In this document: piece after piece, positions 1-9,960 of the stretch
Layout of the letters: each line of letters opens with the position of its first letter
Numbering within the stretch: position 1 is the stretch's first letter
NCBI GenBank assembly: GCA_963778605.1
Contig: CAVZVF010000001.1
Span: 788,097 to 852,096, forward strand
Length of the DNA: 64,000 nucleotides
Source: an uncultured Bacteroidales bacterium
Lineage (GTDB): Bacteria; Bacteroidota; Bacteroidia; Bacteroidales; VadinHA17
Direction of reading: 5' to 3'
Program-made: the position numbers and the translations under genes
The notes under the pieces: generated by a model
The model's database searches: none
What the model was told of the DNA's origin: nothing
What the model saw: the letters and a program-made list of their open reading frames with translations, nothing else

Positions 1-234
1 CAGGATGAAAGTAATGGTCTGCATAAATGCAATTCCCAGCTTGTTGAGAACGTAAATCTGGATCAGATATGTGACCATTGTAGCAAGGGTGATAACAAAT
101 GTAACAGCAATTGCCATTCCCATAGCAGTATTTATTTTGCCGGAAACGCCAAGGAAAGGACATATACCCAGGAATTGAGCCAGCACCACATTATTAATAA
201 AGACAGCTGATATAATTATTAATATGTATTCCAT
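1..234 (-). CDS. rnfA: Rnf electron transport complex subunit A (5' part; runs off window start)
   Basis: Manual translation from ATG at 234: MEYILIIISAVFINNVVLAQFLGICPFLGVS..., the RnfA N-terminal motif; lies directly after rnfE. Confidence 0.93.
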   Translation of the reverse strand, partial: MEYILIIISAVFINNVVLAQFLGICPFLGVSGKINTAMGMAIAVTFVITLATMVTYLIQIYVLNKLGIAFMQTITFIL

Positions 235-245
235 TTCAAATTATT

Positions 246-828
246 TTAATTCTTATTTATCCGGTTTACAAGAGCAATGAGGTAACCAAGGGCAATAAAT
301 GCTCCCGGCGCAAGAATGAATACAAGAATACCATCACCCTGAATGAATTTATATCCGAATATTGTCCCGCTTCCGAGAATTTCGCGAAAAGCACCAAGGA
401 TTCCAAGAGCCAGGGTAAAGCCTATTCCCATGCCAAGACCATCGATCATGGATGAGAAAACGGAATTTTTACTGGCATATGCCTCAGCACGTCCCAGAAC
501 TATGCAGTTGACGACTATCAGACGGAATAAATATTCCAAGTTTCTCATATAGTGCGGGCACAAATGCCTGCATTACAAGATCCACAATTGTAACAAATGA
601 AGCTATAATAACAATAAAAGCAGGTATCCTCACCTTATCAGGAATCATACCGGAAAGAAAAGAAATTGCAACATTTGACCCAACCAGGACAAAAGTTGTC
701 GCAAGCCCCATTCCCATACCATTCAGCGATGAAGATGTAGTAGCAAGAGTAGGGCAGGTGCCAAGTACAAGTACCAGGATCGGATTCTCTCTGAGAAAGC
801 CTTTAGTCAGGTTTTGAAACTGATTCAT
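246..828 (-). CDS. rnfE: Rnf complex subunit E, split by a 1-bp frameshift near 522
   Basis: ORF 484..828 (ENPILVLVLGTCPTLA...LGIFIP) continues in ORF 246..563 (LIVVNCIVLGRAEAYA...ILAPGAF). Confidence 0.92.
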
Positions 829-1400
829 TTTGAACCTCCTTTTTGAATAGTGTTATAGGCACGCTGCAAGGCATCGCAGAATGCTCTTGAACTTATTGTT
901 GCTGCAGTGATGGCATCAACCGGCCCCCCATCTTTTTTAACTTTAAGTTTGAATTTTGCAGGATCCTTACCGATAAACTGATCTTTGAATTTCGGTTCAG
1001 TCATCTTGGTTCCCAGTCCGGGTGTCTCTTTCTGGTCAAGTATAGTAGTATTAATAATAGTTCCATCTTTCCTGAATCCTGCGATCATATTGATATTTCC
1101 GCTGAATCCCTTTTTTGTATAAGTGCTTACAGCATAACCTATTATTGTACTATCTTTTTTTGCCGGATAAATTTCCAGGCTGTCACCTTCTCCTGTAGGG
1201 AGTCTGTACATTTCCGCACCCGGATTATTGTTAAATCCGGGGACGACCTGTTCAATAGCCTTAAGTTTCTTATTGAGGACCGACATCTCTATAGGTTTCC
1301 TGGTAAGTTCGTAAGCAAAGCCAAGACATGCCGATGCAACCAGCGATATTAGCGTCAGCGACAACACCATATTCTTTAAAGTAGATTCTAGCTTAGCCAT
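825..1400 (-). CDS. rnfG: Rnf complex subunit G (FMN-binding)
   Basis: N-terminal TM helix, ETPGLG, and DAITAATISS FMN attachment motif; operon position. Confidence 0.93.
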   Translation of the reverse strand: MAKLESTLKNMVLSLTLISLVASACLGFAYELTRKPIEMSVLNKKLKAIEQVVPGFNNNPGAEMYRLPTGEGDSLEIYPAKKDSTIIGYAVSTYTKKGFSGNINMIAGFRKDGTIINTTILDQKETPGLGTKMTEPKFKDQFIGKDPAKFKLKVKKDGGPVDAITAATISSRAFCDALQRAYNTIQKGGSK

Positions 1401-2394
1401 TTTTCACCTCCTCACCGAATCTTTTTGGTTTAATATATACATTCATAAGAGGAACAAAAGCATTCATGATAAGTATTGCGAATGAAACACCTTCGGGATA
1501 TGCACCCCAAACCCTGATAATAACTGTCAGTATACCTATGCCGCATCCGTAAATGATCATTGCCCTGGTATTCATGGGTGAGGTGACGTAATCGGTTGCC
1601 ATAAATATTGCACCAAGGAGTAATCCTCCAGTCAGGAGGTGAAACGACGGATCAGCATTTTTTGCAGGATTGGCCAGCCATAATATGGTTGTAAATAAAG
1701 CGAGACTTCCGACAACGGAAACAGGAATATGCCAGGTGATGATCTTTTTATAAAGAAGGTAACCAAAGCCTGCCAGGAGAGCAATTGCTGCAACTTCTCC
1801 CATTGAGCCTCCCATTTTTCCGAGAAACATTTGTGAAGGTGACGGGATCTGACTCATAAGTTGTTGTAATGGTTCACCGTTTTTAAGTCCCTCTTTTACA
1901 ATTGCGAGTGGCGTAGCGCCTGTTATTGCATCGGTGTATCCTGTTTTTAATCCCACAGGAACAGGCCAGGAGGTCATCTGGACAGGGAAGGAGATAAGCA
2001 TGAAAACACGTCCTACAAGAGCCGGATTGAAGGGATTGTTACCAAGTCCGCCAAAAGTCATTTTGGCAATTGCAATTGAAACAAAGCTACCGATTATTAT
2101 TATGAGAACCGGAATATTTGACGGGAGGTTAAAAGCCAGCAGGAGTCCTGTCACTATCGCTGATCCGTCGGTAACCGAAACCGGCTTGTTGAAAATAAAC
2201 CGTTGGATAGTGTATTCGAAAAATATACATGCAATTATTGAGGTAGCAGTCACAATTACAGCGCCATAGCCAAAATAAAATATTGATGTAAAGAGCGCTG
2301 GCGTAAGGGCCACAATAACGCCGGTCATCAGCTTTCTTGTTGTTGTTGCAGCGTGCGTTTGAGGCGACGGTGATACATTCAGCAGGATACTCAT
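1393..2394 (-). CDS. rnfD: Rnf complex subunit D
   Basis: FGGLGNNPFNPALVGR, DAITGATPL and FMATDYVTSP motifs; polytopic membrane protein. Confidence 0.95.
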   Translation of the reverse strand: MSILLNVSPSPQTHAATTTRKLMTGVIVALTPALFTSIFYFGYGAVIVTATSIIACIFFEYTIQRFIFNKPVSVTDGSAIVTGLLLAFNLPSNIPVLIIIIGSFVSIAIAKMTFGGLGNNPFNPALVGRVFMLISFPVQMTSWPVPVGLKTGYTDAITGATPLAIVKEGLKNGEPLQQLMSQIPSPSQMFLGKMGGSMGEVAAIALLAGFGYLLYKKIITWHIPVSVVGSLALFTTILWLANPAKNADPSFHLLTGGLLLGAIFMATDYVTSPMNTRAMIIYGCGIGILTVIIRVWGAYPEGVSFAILIMNAFVPLMNVYIKPKRFGEEVKNG

Positions 2395-2412
2395 ATATTA
2401 TAAAAGTGCTAA

Positions 2413-3747
2413 TTACTTCACGTTTCTTTCGCGTGCAATTTTTATGACAGTTGACTTGCCTAACCTGATATAATCAAGTAACGGACGGCTGGCAGGACAA
2501 ATATAGCTGCATGATCCACATTCCATACAGTTGGTTATACTCTCTGATTCAGTTCTTTCGAACAGCCCTTTTTCTGAAAGCGTCATAAGAAGATAAGGCT
2601 CCAGGTTCATGGGACAGACAGATACGCATTTTGCACATCTGATGCATGGTTCCATCAGATCCCTTTCCGATTCGCTGCTGGGGAATATAACTATCCCTGA
2701 CGTTCCCTTAACTACAGGCGTTTCAGTATTACTTATTGCCTTCCCCATCATTGGTCCCCCCGAAACAATTTTTCCTGTATCGTCCGGAAGACCTCCGGCA
2801 GCATCAATCAGTCTGGAGACAGGAGTTCCGGTCCTTACAATGTAGTTTCCAGGTTTTGAAAGTGACTTTCCTGTTATTGTTACAACTCTTTCAAAAAGAG
2901 GCTTATTCTTCTGAACTGCTTCATATACGGCATAAGCAGTTCCAACATTATGAACAACAGCACCCACGTCAATCGGGAGGCGACCAGCTGGCACTTCCCT
3001 GTTTATAAGAGCTTTGATGAGTTGCTTTTCAGCACCCTGGGGATACTTTACCTTAAGTGCGTGTACACTTATCCCTTTAAACATGGTCGCAAGTTTTGTC
3101 AGATGGTCAACAGCATCCATCTTATTGTTTTCAATACCTATCATTGCTCTTTCAACATTCAGAGCCCTCTTAAGTATTTCGACGCCTATGATTATCTCTT
3201 CACCTCTTTCGATCATTAACCTGTGATCTGAAGTCAGATATGGTTCACATTCAACTCCGTTTATTATAAGAATATCACATTTTTTACCTGAAGGAACCGT
3301 GAGTTTTATATGAGATGGAAATGTTGCACCGCCGAGACCCACAATACCGCAGTCAGTGCACCGCTTGATAATTTCCCCGGATGAAAGCTTTATATCCGTT
3401 ACTATTTCTTCCCGTCTGTCAATGGTTTCGACCCAATCATCACCCTCTACATCAATTAAAATGGCACTCTGTTTATATCCCGAACTATCTGTAACAAAGT
3501 CGATCTTGCTGACAGTTCCGGATACTGAAGAGTGAATATTCGATGAAAAAAAGCCTTTGCCTGATGCTATCAGCTGTCCCGTTTTAACTTTTTCTCCCTT
3601 AACTACGTTAATGACTGCAGGCGCACCTATATGCTGAGATACAGGTATGATAACGTTTTCGGGTACTGGTAAATACTCAATGGCCATATTGGCCGTCAAC
3701 TTGTTTTCAGGTGGATGAACACCCCCGATGGGAAATGTTTTCAACAC
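2413..3747 (-). CDS. rnfC: Rnf complex subunit C
   Basis: GGVHPPENK, GIVGLGGATFP and NGVECEPYLT motifs; two C-terminal CxxCxxCxxxC 4Fe-4S motifs. Confidence 0.95.
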   Translation of the reverse strand: MLKTFPIGGVHPPENKLTANMAIEYLPVPENVIIPVSQHIGAPAVINVVKGEKVKTGQLIASGKGFFSSNIHSSVSGTVSKIDFVTDSSGYKQSAILIDVEGDDWVETIDRREEIVTDIKLSSGEIIKRCTDCGIVGLGGATFPSHIKLTVPSGKKCDILIINGVECEPYLTSDHRLMIERGEEIIIGVEILKRALNVERAMIGIENNKMDAVDHLTKLATMFKGISVHALKVKYPQGAEKQLIKALINREVPAGRLPIDVGAVVHNVGTAYAVYEAVQKNKPLFERVVTITGKSLSKPGNYIVRTGTPVSRLIDAAGGLPDDTGKIVSGGPMMGKAISNTETPVVKGTSGIVIFPSSESERDLMEPCIRCAKCVSVCPMNLEPYLLMTLSEKGLFERTESESITNCMECGSCSYICPASRPLLDYIRLGKSTVIKIARERNVK

Positions 3748-3776
3748 TATAGTATATTTTAAATTTTAAACATGAA

Positions 3777-4640
3777 TTATGCGTTAATTAGTTCTGTCTG
3801 AGCTTCCACCTTTGGTTTCCGGGGAGGAAAGTTCAGCTCAAGTATTGAGTTTGTTGGGCATTCTGTAACACATTTTCTGCAGAAAGTGCACTTAGTTGCA
3901 TCAATATATGCCAGATTCTTATCAATTGTGATAGCATCAAATTTGCAAACGTTTAAACATTTGCTGCAGGCAATGCAGGCAACTTTACATGCTCTCCGGG
4001 CAGGTCCGCCTTTATCGCAGTTGGAACAAGCCACATAAATTTTTCGGTCTTTTTTTGCTTTTTTCCTGAGTTCAATGAGATCTCTCGGGCAGGCCTTCAC
4101 ACATGCACCACAGGCGACACAATTATCATCGTCTATCACAGGTAGTCCGGTTACGGGATCCATGTTCATGGCATTGAAAGCACATGATCTGACACAATCG
4201 CCGTTACCCAGACAGCCATAGCTGCAGTCGGTTTCACCAATATAAAGGTTGTGAGATATCCTGCAATCCGATGCTCCGTCATATTTTGAGGTGCGCGGCC
4301 GGTATTCCGGAGTTCCATTGCAAAGTAATACCGCAACAAGCGGATCAACAACGGGTGCTTCTTTCCCGAGAATCATTGCTGCATTTTTCATTACATCTGC
4401 TCCGCCAACAGGACAAATAAGACCATCAAAAGAATCAGCCTTTACCATTGCTTCAGCAAAATTACGACAACCGGCAAATCCACAGCCCCCGCAATTAGCT
4501 GAGGGCAGAAGCGCCTGTATCAGGTCTATCCTTGGATCTTCAATCACCCTGAACTTCTGAGCTACCAAATAGAGTATCACTGCTGAAAGAAGGGCCAGAA
4601 GGCTTAAACTTATGACTGTAATAAGAACTGTTGAACCCAT
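3777..4640 (-). CDS. rnfB: Rnf complex subunit B (polyferredoxin)
   Basis: LPSANCGGCGFAGC motif plus multiple ferredoxin Cys motifs. Confidence 0.94.
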   Translation of the reverse strand: MGSTVLITVISLSLLALLSAVILYLVAQKFRVIEDPRIDLIQALLPSANCGGCGFAGCRNFAEAMVKADSFDGLICPVGGADVMKNAAMILGKEAPVVDPLVAVLLCNGTPEYRPRTSKYDGASDCRISHNLYIGETDCSYGCLGNGDCVRSCAFNAMNMDPVTGLPVIDDDNCVACGACVKACPRDLIELRKKAKKDRKIYVACSNCDKGGPARRACKVACIACSKCLNVCKFDAITIDKNLAYIDATKCTFCRKCVTECPTNSILELNFPPRKPKVEAQTELINA

Positions 4641-4643
4641 TAG

Positions 4644-5066
4644 TTAAGCTTTTATCGTAAACGTAAATTTTTTGTCGATTTTGCTTCTGAATAAATAAAG
4701 TAAGGTAAAGTAAGGAATGAGTACTGCAATGGATAAGAGACCGGCAGTTAATTCAGGTACCGAAAATGAGGTTAGAATTATAAGTATTATGAGTATAACG
4801 ACCAGAGGCAGTAAGTATCCGAGCAAAACAGCAGCATAACCCATTGATTTGCACATAAGTACAGTTACAGCATCTCCGGCTTTTACAGTATAGTTGCCTG
4901 AAACCGTTACAAGTTTCTCCTCATTTCCCGTCAGGGTGCATGAGGCTTCAGCATGGCAGCCTGAGCAGGCGGATTTAGAGGTTATTTTGACAATAACCGA
5001 TTTTCCATCTGTTTTCTGAACAATGCCATCATGTTGAATGGTTTCTTTTAAACCTGTTTTCTCCAT
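4644..5066 (-). CDS. rseC: RseC/MucC-family protein (SoxR reducing system)
   Basis: SACSGCHAEASC motif plus two C-terminal TM helices; usual first gene of the Bacteroidota rnf operon. Confidence 0.85.
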   Translation of the reverse strand: MEKTGLKETIQHDGIVQKTDGKSVIVKITSKSACSGCHAEASCTLTGNEEKLVTVSGNYTVKAGDAVTVLMCKSMGYAAVLLGYLLPLVVILIILIILTSFSVPELTAGLLSIAVLIPYFTLLYLFRSKIDKKFTFTIKA

Positions 5067-5091
5067 TCTTTATAATAAAAATTACAAACCG

Positions 5092-5099
5092 CAAATTTA
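5092..5099 (-). promoter_or_regulatory. Candidate Bacteroidota -7 promoter box for the rseC-rnf operon
   Basis: Minus strand reads TAAATTTG (TAnnTTTG consensus) about 25 bp upstream of the rseC ATG; no clear -33 box seen. Confidence 0.45.
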
Positions 5100-5181
5100 G
5101 TGTTAATGAATTAACAGTACCTGTTTTTTGTCAGGTTTTGAAATCAGTTTTATTATTTATAATGATCCTAAACAACAAATA

Positions 5182-7287
5182 TCAGCTTATATTGCTCCAC
5201 GATTGTTTCTGACTAAAAAGATTTTTCAGCTCAGTTTTTAAAACAATGTTATGTTCGTTTTCCAGCAGCGGGTCATTTGTAATAATATTTTCAGCAATAT
5301 TCCGGACATATTCGATAAGCTGACCATCTTTACTCAGATTTGCTATTTTAAGGTCAAATGGAATGCCACTCTGAAGAGTACCCTCAATATCACCCGGGCC
5401 TCTCAACCTGAGATCAGTTTCTGCAATCTCGAACCCATCATTTGTCCTGATCATTACTTCAATTCTTTTAGCTGCCTCATTTGATAATTTATCAGAACTC
5501 ATAAGGATGCAATAAGACTGATCAGCTCCTCTTCCCACTCTCCCTCTCAACTGGTGCAATTGTGAAAGGCCGAACCTTTCAGCACTTTCTATTACCATTA
5601 CCGTTGCATTCGGTATATCAACGCCTACCTCAATAACTGTTGTAGCTATAAGTATATGAGCATGACCATCTTTAAAAAGCTTCATTGATGACTCTTTATT
5701 TGCCGGAGTCATTTTCCCATGTACCACACTGACACAATATTTTGGAGCAGGAAATACCCGTGTAATGGTATCCCAGCCATCCTCGAGATTTTTATAATCC
5801 ATTGTTTCCGATTCTTTGATCAGGGGATAGACTACAAAGATCTGTCTGCCTTCTGCAATCTGGTTCCGGAGGAAGCCAAATACTTTATTTCTTTCAGGAT
5901 CAGTAAAATGCATTGTTTTTACAGGGACCCTTCCGGGTGGAAGTTCATCAATCACTGAAAGATCCAGGTCTCCATAAAGCGTCATTGCAAGCGTTCGTGG
6001 GATTGGGGTGGCCGTCATGACCAGTATGTGAGGCGGATTAAGATTTTTTTGCCATAGTTTTGCTCTCTGCTCAACTCCAAAACGATGTTGTTCATCAATT
6101 ATAACAAGACCCAGATTCGCAAACTTCACATTCTCTACAATCAGGGCATGAGTGCCGATCAGGATGTTCAGTGACTTGTCATTCAGCGATTCATCAATAG
6201 ATTTTCGCAAACTCTTTTTTGAAGAGCCGGTCAGTAGCTGGACTTTAATATTGAGTCCTGTCAGAAATTTGCTGATTGTGTTATAATGCTGAGTGGCAAG
6301 TATTTCTGTTGGAGCCATCAGGCAGGCCTGGTAACCGTTATCCAGTGCAATAAGCATACTCATCAGGGCAACAAGTGTCTTGCCGCTCCCTACATCCCCC
6401 TGAAGCAGACGGTTCATCTGTTTTCCCGAACCCATATCTTTCCTGATCTCTTTCATAACCCTCTTTTGAGCATTGGTAAGTGTAAACGGAAGGTTATTAA
6501 AATAAAAATTATTGAAATTTTCACCGACATTTGAAAATATGAATCCCCTGAATTTCCTGCTCCGGTTTGTTTTAAATTTAAGGAGATTTAACTGGATATA
6601 AAAAAGTTCCTCAAACTTCAGGCGATATCTGGCTTTTTCAAGCTCCTCATTATCAGCAGGAAAGTGAATCTTGTGAAGTGAGTCATGAAGATCCGTCAGC
6701 TTATATCTTGATATAAGATATGATGGCAGAGTTTCAGGTATCCTGGTCTTTAACTGTTTGAGGAGGCTGCCGATAAGCTTGCTAAGTGTCTTAGATGTAA
6801 CAAATTGGTTTTTAAGTTTTTCAGTTGTATTATACTGTGCCTGAAGAGCTGAGTTAAGTCTCTCTTCACGTTTATCGGCTGCTTCAATTTCAGGATGAAT
6901 AATATTAATCATTCCATTGAAGATTCCTGGTTTTCCAAAGACTATATATTCAATTCCCGGCGGATACGTTCCCAGTATCCATCTTGTGCCTTTAAACCAA
7001 ACCAGTTTGATAGTCCCGGTTTCATCCCGGAAATCTGCTACAAGCCTCTTACCTGGTCCATGTCCTTCCGTTGAATATCCCCTTATTACACCTTTGATCT
7101 GAACATAGGGGAGATCAGGATCCATTTCAGCAATTTTATAAAACCTGGTCCTGTCGATATATCTGTAGGGAAAATAGTAGAGAAGGTCACGAAAAGTATT
7201 GATATGTATCTCTTTGTTAAGCAGCTCAGCTCTTTTAGGGCCAACTCCTGTAAGGTATTTAATATCTGTGTCGAAAAAATCCTGCAT
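5182..7287 (-). CDS. recG: ATP-dependent DNA helicase RecG
   Basis: LLQGDVGSGKT, DEQHRFG, MTATPIPRTL and QLRGRVGRG motifs; probable start at MQDFF (7287). Confidence 0.96.
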   Translation of the reverse strand: MQDFFDTDIKYLTGVGPKRAELLNKEIHINTFRDLLYYFPYRYIDRTRFYKIAEMDPDLPYVQIKGVIRGYSTEGHGPGKRLVADFRDETGTIKLVWFKGTRWILGTYPPGIEYIVFGKPGIFNGMINIIHPEIEAADKREERLNSALQAQYNTTEKLKNQFVTSKTLSKLIGSLLKQLKTRIPETLPSYLISRYKLTDLHDSLHKIHFPADNEELEKARYRLKFEELFYIQLNLLKFKTNRSRKFRGFIFSNVGENFNNFYFNNLPFTLTNAQKRVMKEIRKDMGSGKQMNRLLQGDVGSGKTLVALMSMLIALDNGYQACLMAPTEILATQHYNTISKFLTGLNIKVQLLTGSSKKSLRKSIDESLNDKSLNILIGTHALIVENVKFANLGLVIIDEQHRFGVEQRAKLWQKNLNPPHILVMTATPIPRTLAMTLYGDLDLSVIDELPPGRVPVKTMHFTDPERNKVFGFLRNQIAEGRQIFVVYPLIKESETMDYKNLEDGWDTITRVFPAPKYCVSVVHGKMTPANKESSMKLFKDGHAHILIATTVIEVGVDIPNATVMVIESAERFGLSQLHQLRGRVGRGADQSYCILMSSDKLSNEAAKRIEVMIRTNDGFEIAETDLRLRGPGDIEGTLQSGIPFDLKIANLSKDGQLIEYVRNIAENIITNDPLLENEHNIVLKTELKNLFSQKQSWSNIS

Positions 7288-7310
7288 AAGGAAAGTTATT
7301 GAACTAAATA

Positions 7311-7348
7311 TTCTTCGCTCCCCGAAGTGTAGGGGCGGACGAAAAGAA
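7311..7348. repeat. GC-rich imperfect hairpin between divergent recG and methyltransferase
   Basis: ttcttcgctcccc-gaagtgta-ggggcggacgaaaagaa. Confidence 0.35.
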
Positions 7349-7451
7349 GCCGGCAATAATTATTCATATTAATCGATAGTTCCACTTATCAAAAGTTGAC
7401 CGAAAATAAGTATTTTTGAAGTGCTTACCAACAACTAAAGCCGATTGTGAA

Positions 7452-8240
7452 ATGATTATTTTCAGAATCCTGGAATATCTGAAATATGTACTGTTTTGGC
7501 ATCACCGAAAAGGGCATGGCATTCATAGTCCTTTTGTTTTTGATCTGGTTTCGAGAATTTTCAGGAATAAAATCAACCCTGATATTGTCTGTAACATAGA
7601 AAAGATGAGAAAAAAGATGATTTCAGACAACCGCACGATTAATGTCAGAGATTTGGGTTCAGGGTCAGAAAAAACAAAAACACATATACGAAAAGTATCA
7701 GATATAGCTCTCTATTCACCGGTTAAGAAAAAATACGGAGTTTTACTTGCAAACATTGCAGCTGAATTTGGAGGTCAACTTATTATTGAATTCGGAACCT
7801 CTTTTGGAATAAGCACAATGTATATGGCAGGAGGATGCAGGGATGCAATAGTTTATACAATGGAAGGTTGTCCTGCAATTTCTGAAATCGCCAGGAATAA
7901 CTTCGATGAAGCAGGTTTTAATAATATAAGGATGTTAACAGGATCATTTGATGACCTGATGCCATCATTACTAAGCTTATCCGTTAAACCGGGACTTGTG
8001 TTTATTGACGGAAATCATCGAAAAGAAGCTGTAGTTAATTATTTCTGTCGTATGAGTGAAATTTCAGGCAATAAGACCGTAATAATTATTGATGATATCC
8101 ATTACTCAGCAGAGATGAAGGCTGCATGGGATATTATAAAAAAGAATGACCTGGTAACCATGACCATTGATATATGGAGGATGGGACTGGTATTTTTCAG
8201 AGAAGGGATAACACATACTGATTATAAAATAAAGTATTAA
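7452..8240 (+). CDS. Class I SAM-dependent methyltransferase (Methyltransf_24-like)
   Basis: GHGIHSPFVF, IIEFGTSFGIST, FIDGNH and IIDDIH motifs. Confidence 0.85.
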   Translation: MIIFRILEYLKYVLFWHHRKGHGIHSPFVFDLVSRIFRNKINPDIVCNIEKMRKKMISDNRTINVRDLGSGSEKTKTHIRKVSDIALYSPVKKKYGVLLANIAAEFGGQLIIEFGTSFGISTMYMAGGCRDAIVYTMEGCPAISEIARNNFDEAGFNNIRMLTGSFDDLMPSLLSLSVKPGLVFIDGNHRKEAVVNYFCRMSEISGNKTVIIIDDIHYSAEMKAAWDIIKKNDLVTMTIDIWRMGLVFFREGITHTDYKIKY

Positions 8241-8312
8241 CAAAAATTAATATTTTATAATTTCTTATTTGATTAAATTAATATAATTTCGAAAATTCAA
8301 ATTTTAAGCATT

Positions 8313-9014
8313 ATGGACAAAGTAATTGAGATTCATAATATTGTTAAGAACTATCAGGTCGGGTCACAGGTTGTGAGAGCTTTGAGATCGGTTTCCGTCG
8401 ATATTAAGAGGAATGAATATGTTGCTATCATGGGACCGTCAGGATCAGGAAAATCCACCCTTATGAATCTGCTCGGGTGTCTGGATACTCCATCCAGCGG
8501 ATCATATATCCTAAATGGTACCGATGTAAGTAAAATGGCGGATGATTTTCTTGCCGAGATAAGGAATAAGGAGATCGGATTTGTATTTCAGACTTTTAAC
8601 CTTCTGCCACGTTATACAGCTCTTGAAAACGTTACCTTACCCTTAATATATGCAGGTATCTCTAAAATTGAAAGAGAGAAACAGGCAATAGAAACTCTTG
8701 AACAGGTGGGACTTGGCGACAGAATGACTCATAAACCCAATGAATTATCTGGTGGACAACGACAGCGGGTGGCAATTGCAAGGGCTCTTGTCAACAGACC
8801 TTCTATTATTCTTGCCGATGAGCCGACCGGTAATCTCGACAGTAAAACATCACTTGACATAATGGGATTGCTTGATATCATACATAAAAAGGGAAATACT
8901 GTTATTCTAGTGACCCATGAGGAGGATATAGCACGGCATGCACACAGGATCATCAGACTTCTTGACGGAGAGGTTTCTCAGGACTATGCCAATGAAAAAA
9001 TTATCGAAGTTTGA
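8313..9014 (+). CDS. ABC transporter ATP-binding protein (MacB/LolD-like)
   Basis: Walker [10 protein letters not shown], signature LSGGQRQR, Walker [12 protein letters not shown]. Confidence 0.93.
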   Translation: MDKVIEIHNIVKNYQVGSQVVRALRSVSVDIKRNEYVAIMGPSGSGKSTLMNLLGCLDTPSSGSYILNGTDVSKMADDFLAEIRNKEIGFVFQTFNLLPRYTALENVTLPLIYAGISKIEREKQAIETLEQVGLGDRMTHKPNELSGGQRQRVAIARALVNRPSIILADEPTGNLDSKTSLDIMGLLDIIHKKGNTVILVTHEEDIARHAHRIIRLLDGEVSQDYANEKIIEV

Positions 9015-9064
9015 TTTCACTTTCCTGATTAACTGACTAGGTATTTAAAAATAATCTCCGGGTC

Positions 9065-9608
9065 ATGAAAATATATACCCGTACAGGAGACAATGGCACT
9101 TACCTCTATTTTGGGGGGCAGGAGGATCAAAAAACATCATAACCGCATCGAAGCTTACGGCTCTGTTGATGAACTTATTGCATGGATTGGCCTCTTGCGG
9201 GATAATAAAGCAAACTTCAGGCGGAATGATTTTATGGTCCGTATACAGGATCAGCTTATGCTATGTGCAGCAGCACTGGCTTCTGATCCTGAAAATTTAA
9301 ACAACAAAAAGTATACTCCGGATGTTGATTGTGTTATTGGCTTAGAGAAAGAGATCGATAGGATGGAAGAGACTTTACCACCATTGAATAACTTTATATT
9401 ACCTGGCGGTAATGTCCTTGTATCTTACTGTCATATAGCCAGATGTGTTTGCCGGAGGGCAGAGCGATCAGTTTTGAGACTAAATGAAACAGAAGCAGTT
9501 CCGGAAATTGTCCTGAAATTTCTTAACAGACTTTCAGATTATTTATTTGTTTTGTCCAGAAAAATAGGCTCAGAACTTGATATTGAGGAGATTAAATGGC
9601 CCTTATAA
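9065..9608 (+). CDS. PduO-type ATP:cob(I)alamin adenosyltransferase, 1-bp frameshift near 9100
   Basis: ATG 9065 gives MKIYTRTGDNG in another frame; continues as TSILGG...RIEAYGSVDEL...FILPGG...RRAER...NRLSDYLF. Confidence 0.9.
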
Positions 9609-9634
9609 ATAGTGTGCCATCTTTAAAAAAGGTA

Positions 9635-9666
9635 TTGCTTTTTAAATAAAATAATATATATATTTG
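9635..9666 (+). promoter_or_regulatory. Bacteroidota sigma-A-type promoter for the DUF2795 gene
   Basis: TTG (9635-37), 21-bp spacer, TATATTTG (9659-66), matching the -33/-7 consensus. Confidence 0.55.
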
Positions 9667-9702
9667 CAAACTTTGTTTTAAGCTTAATTTGATTAGAAAA
9701 TT

Positions 9703-9924
9703 ATGTACTGGACACTTGAATTAGCATCAAAACTTGAGGATGCTCCTTGGCCTGCCACAAAAGATGAGTTGATTGATTTCGCCATTAGGTCAGGTGCCCC
9801 GATGGAAGTTATTGAAAACCTGCAGGAAATAGAAGATGAGGGAGATATTTATGAAAGCATTGAGGATATCTGGCCAGATTATCCTAGCAAAGATGACTTT
9901 TTTTTCAATGAAGATGAATATTAA
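9703..9924 (+). CDS. DUF2795 family small acidic protein
   Basis: MYWTLELASKLEDAPWPATKDELID, the highly conserved Bacteroidota protein. Confidence 0.9.
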   Translation: MYWTLELASKLEDAPWPATKDELIDFAIRSGAPMEVIENLQEIEDEGDIYESIEDIWPDYPSKDDFFFNEDEY

Positions 9925-9928
9925 ATGA

Positions 9929-9960
9929 ATAGGGTGTAAAAGTTACAGCCCTATTTTTTA
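9929..9960 (+). terminator. Intrinsic terminator between convergent DUF2795 and OstA-like genes
   Basis: atagggtgtaa / ttacagccctat stem followed by a T run. Confidence 0.6.

Noticed and set aside
1-5066. rnf operon as a novel system
   Set aside because: The rseC-rnfBCDGEA order is the standard Bacteroidota arrangement
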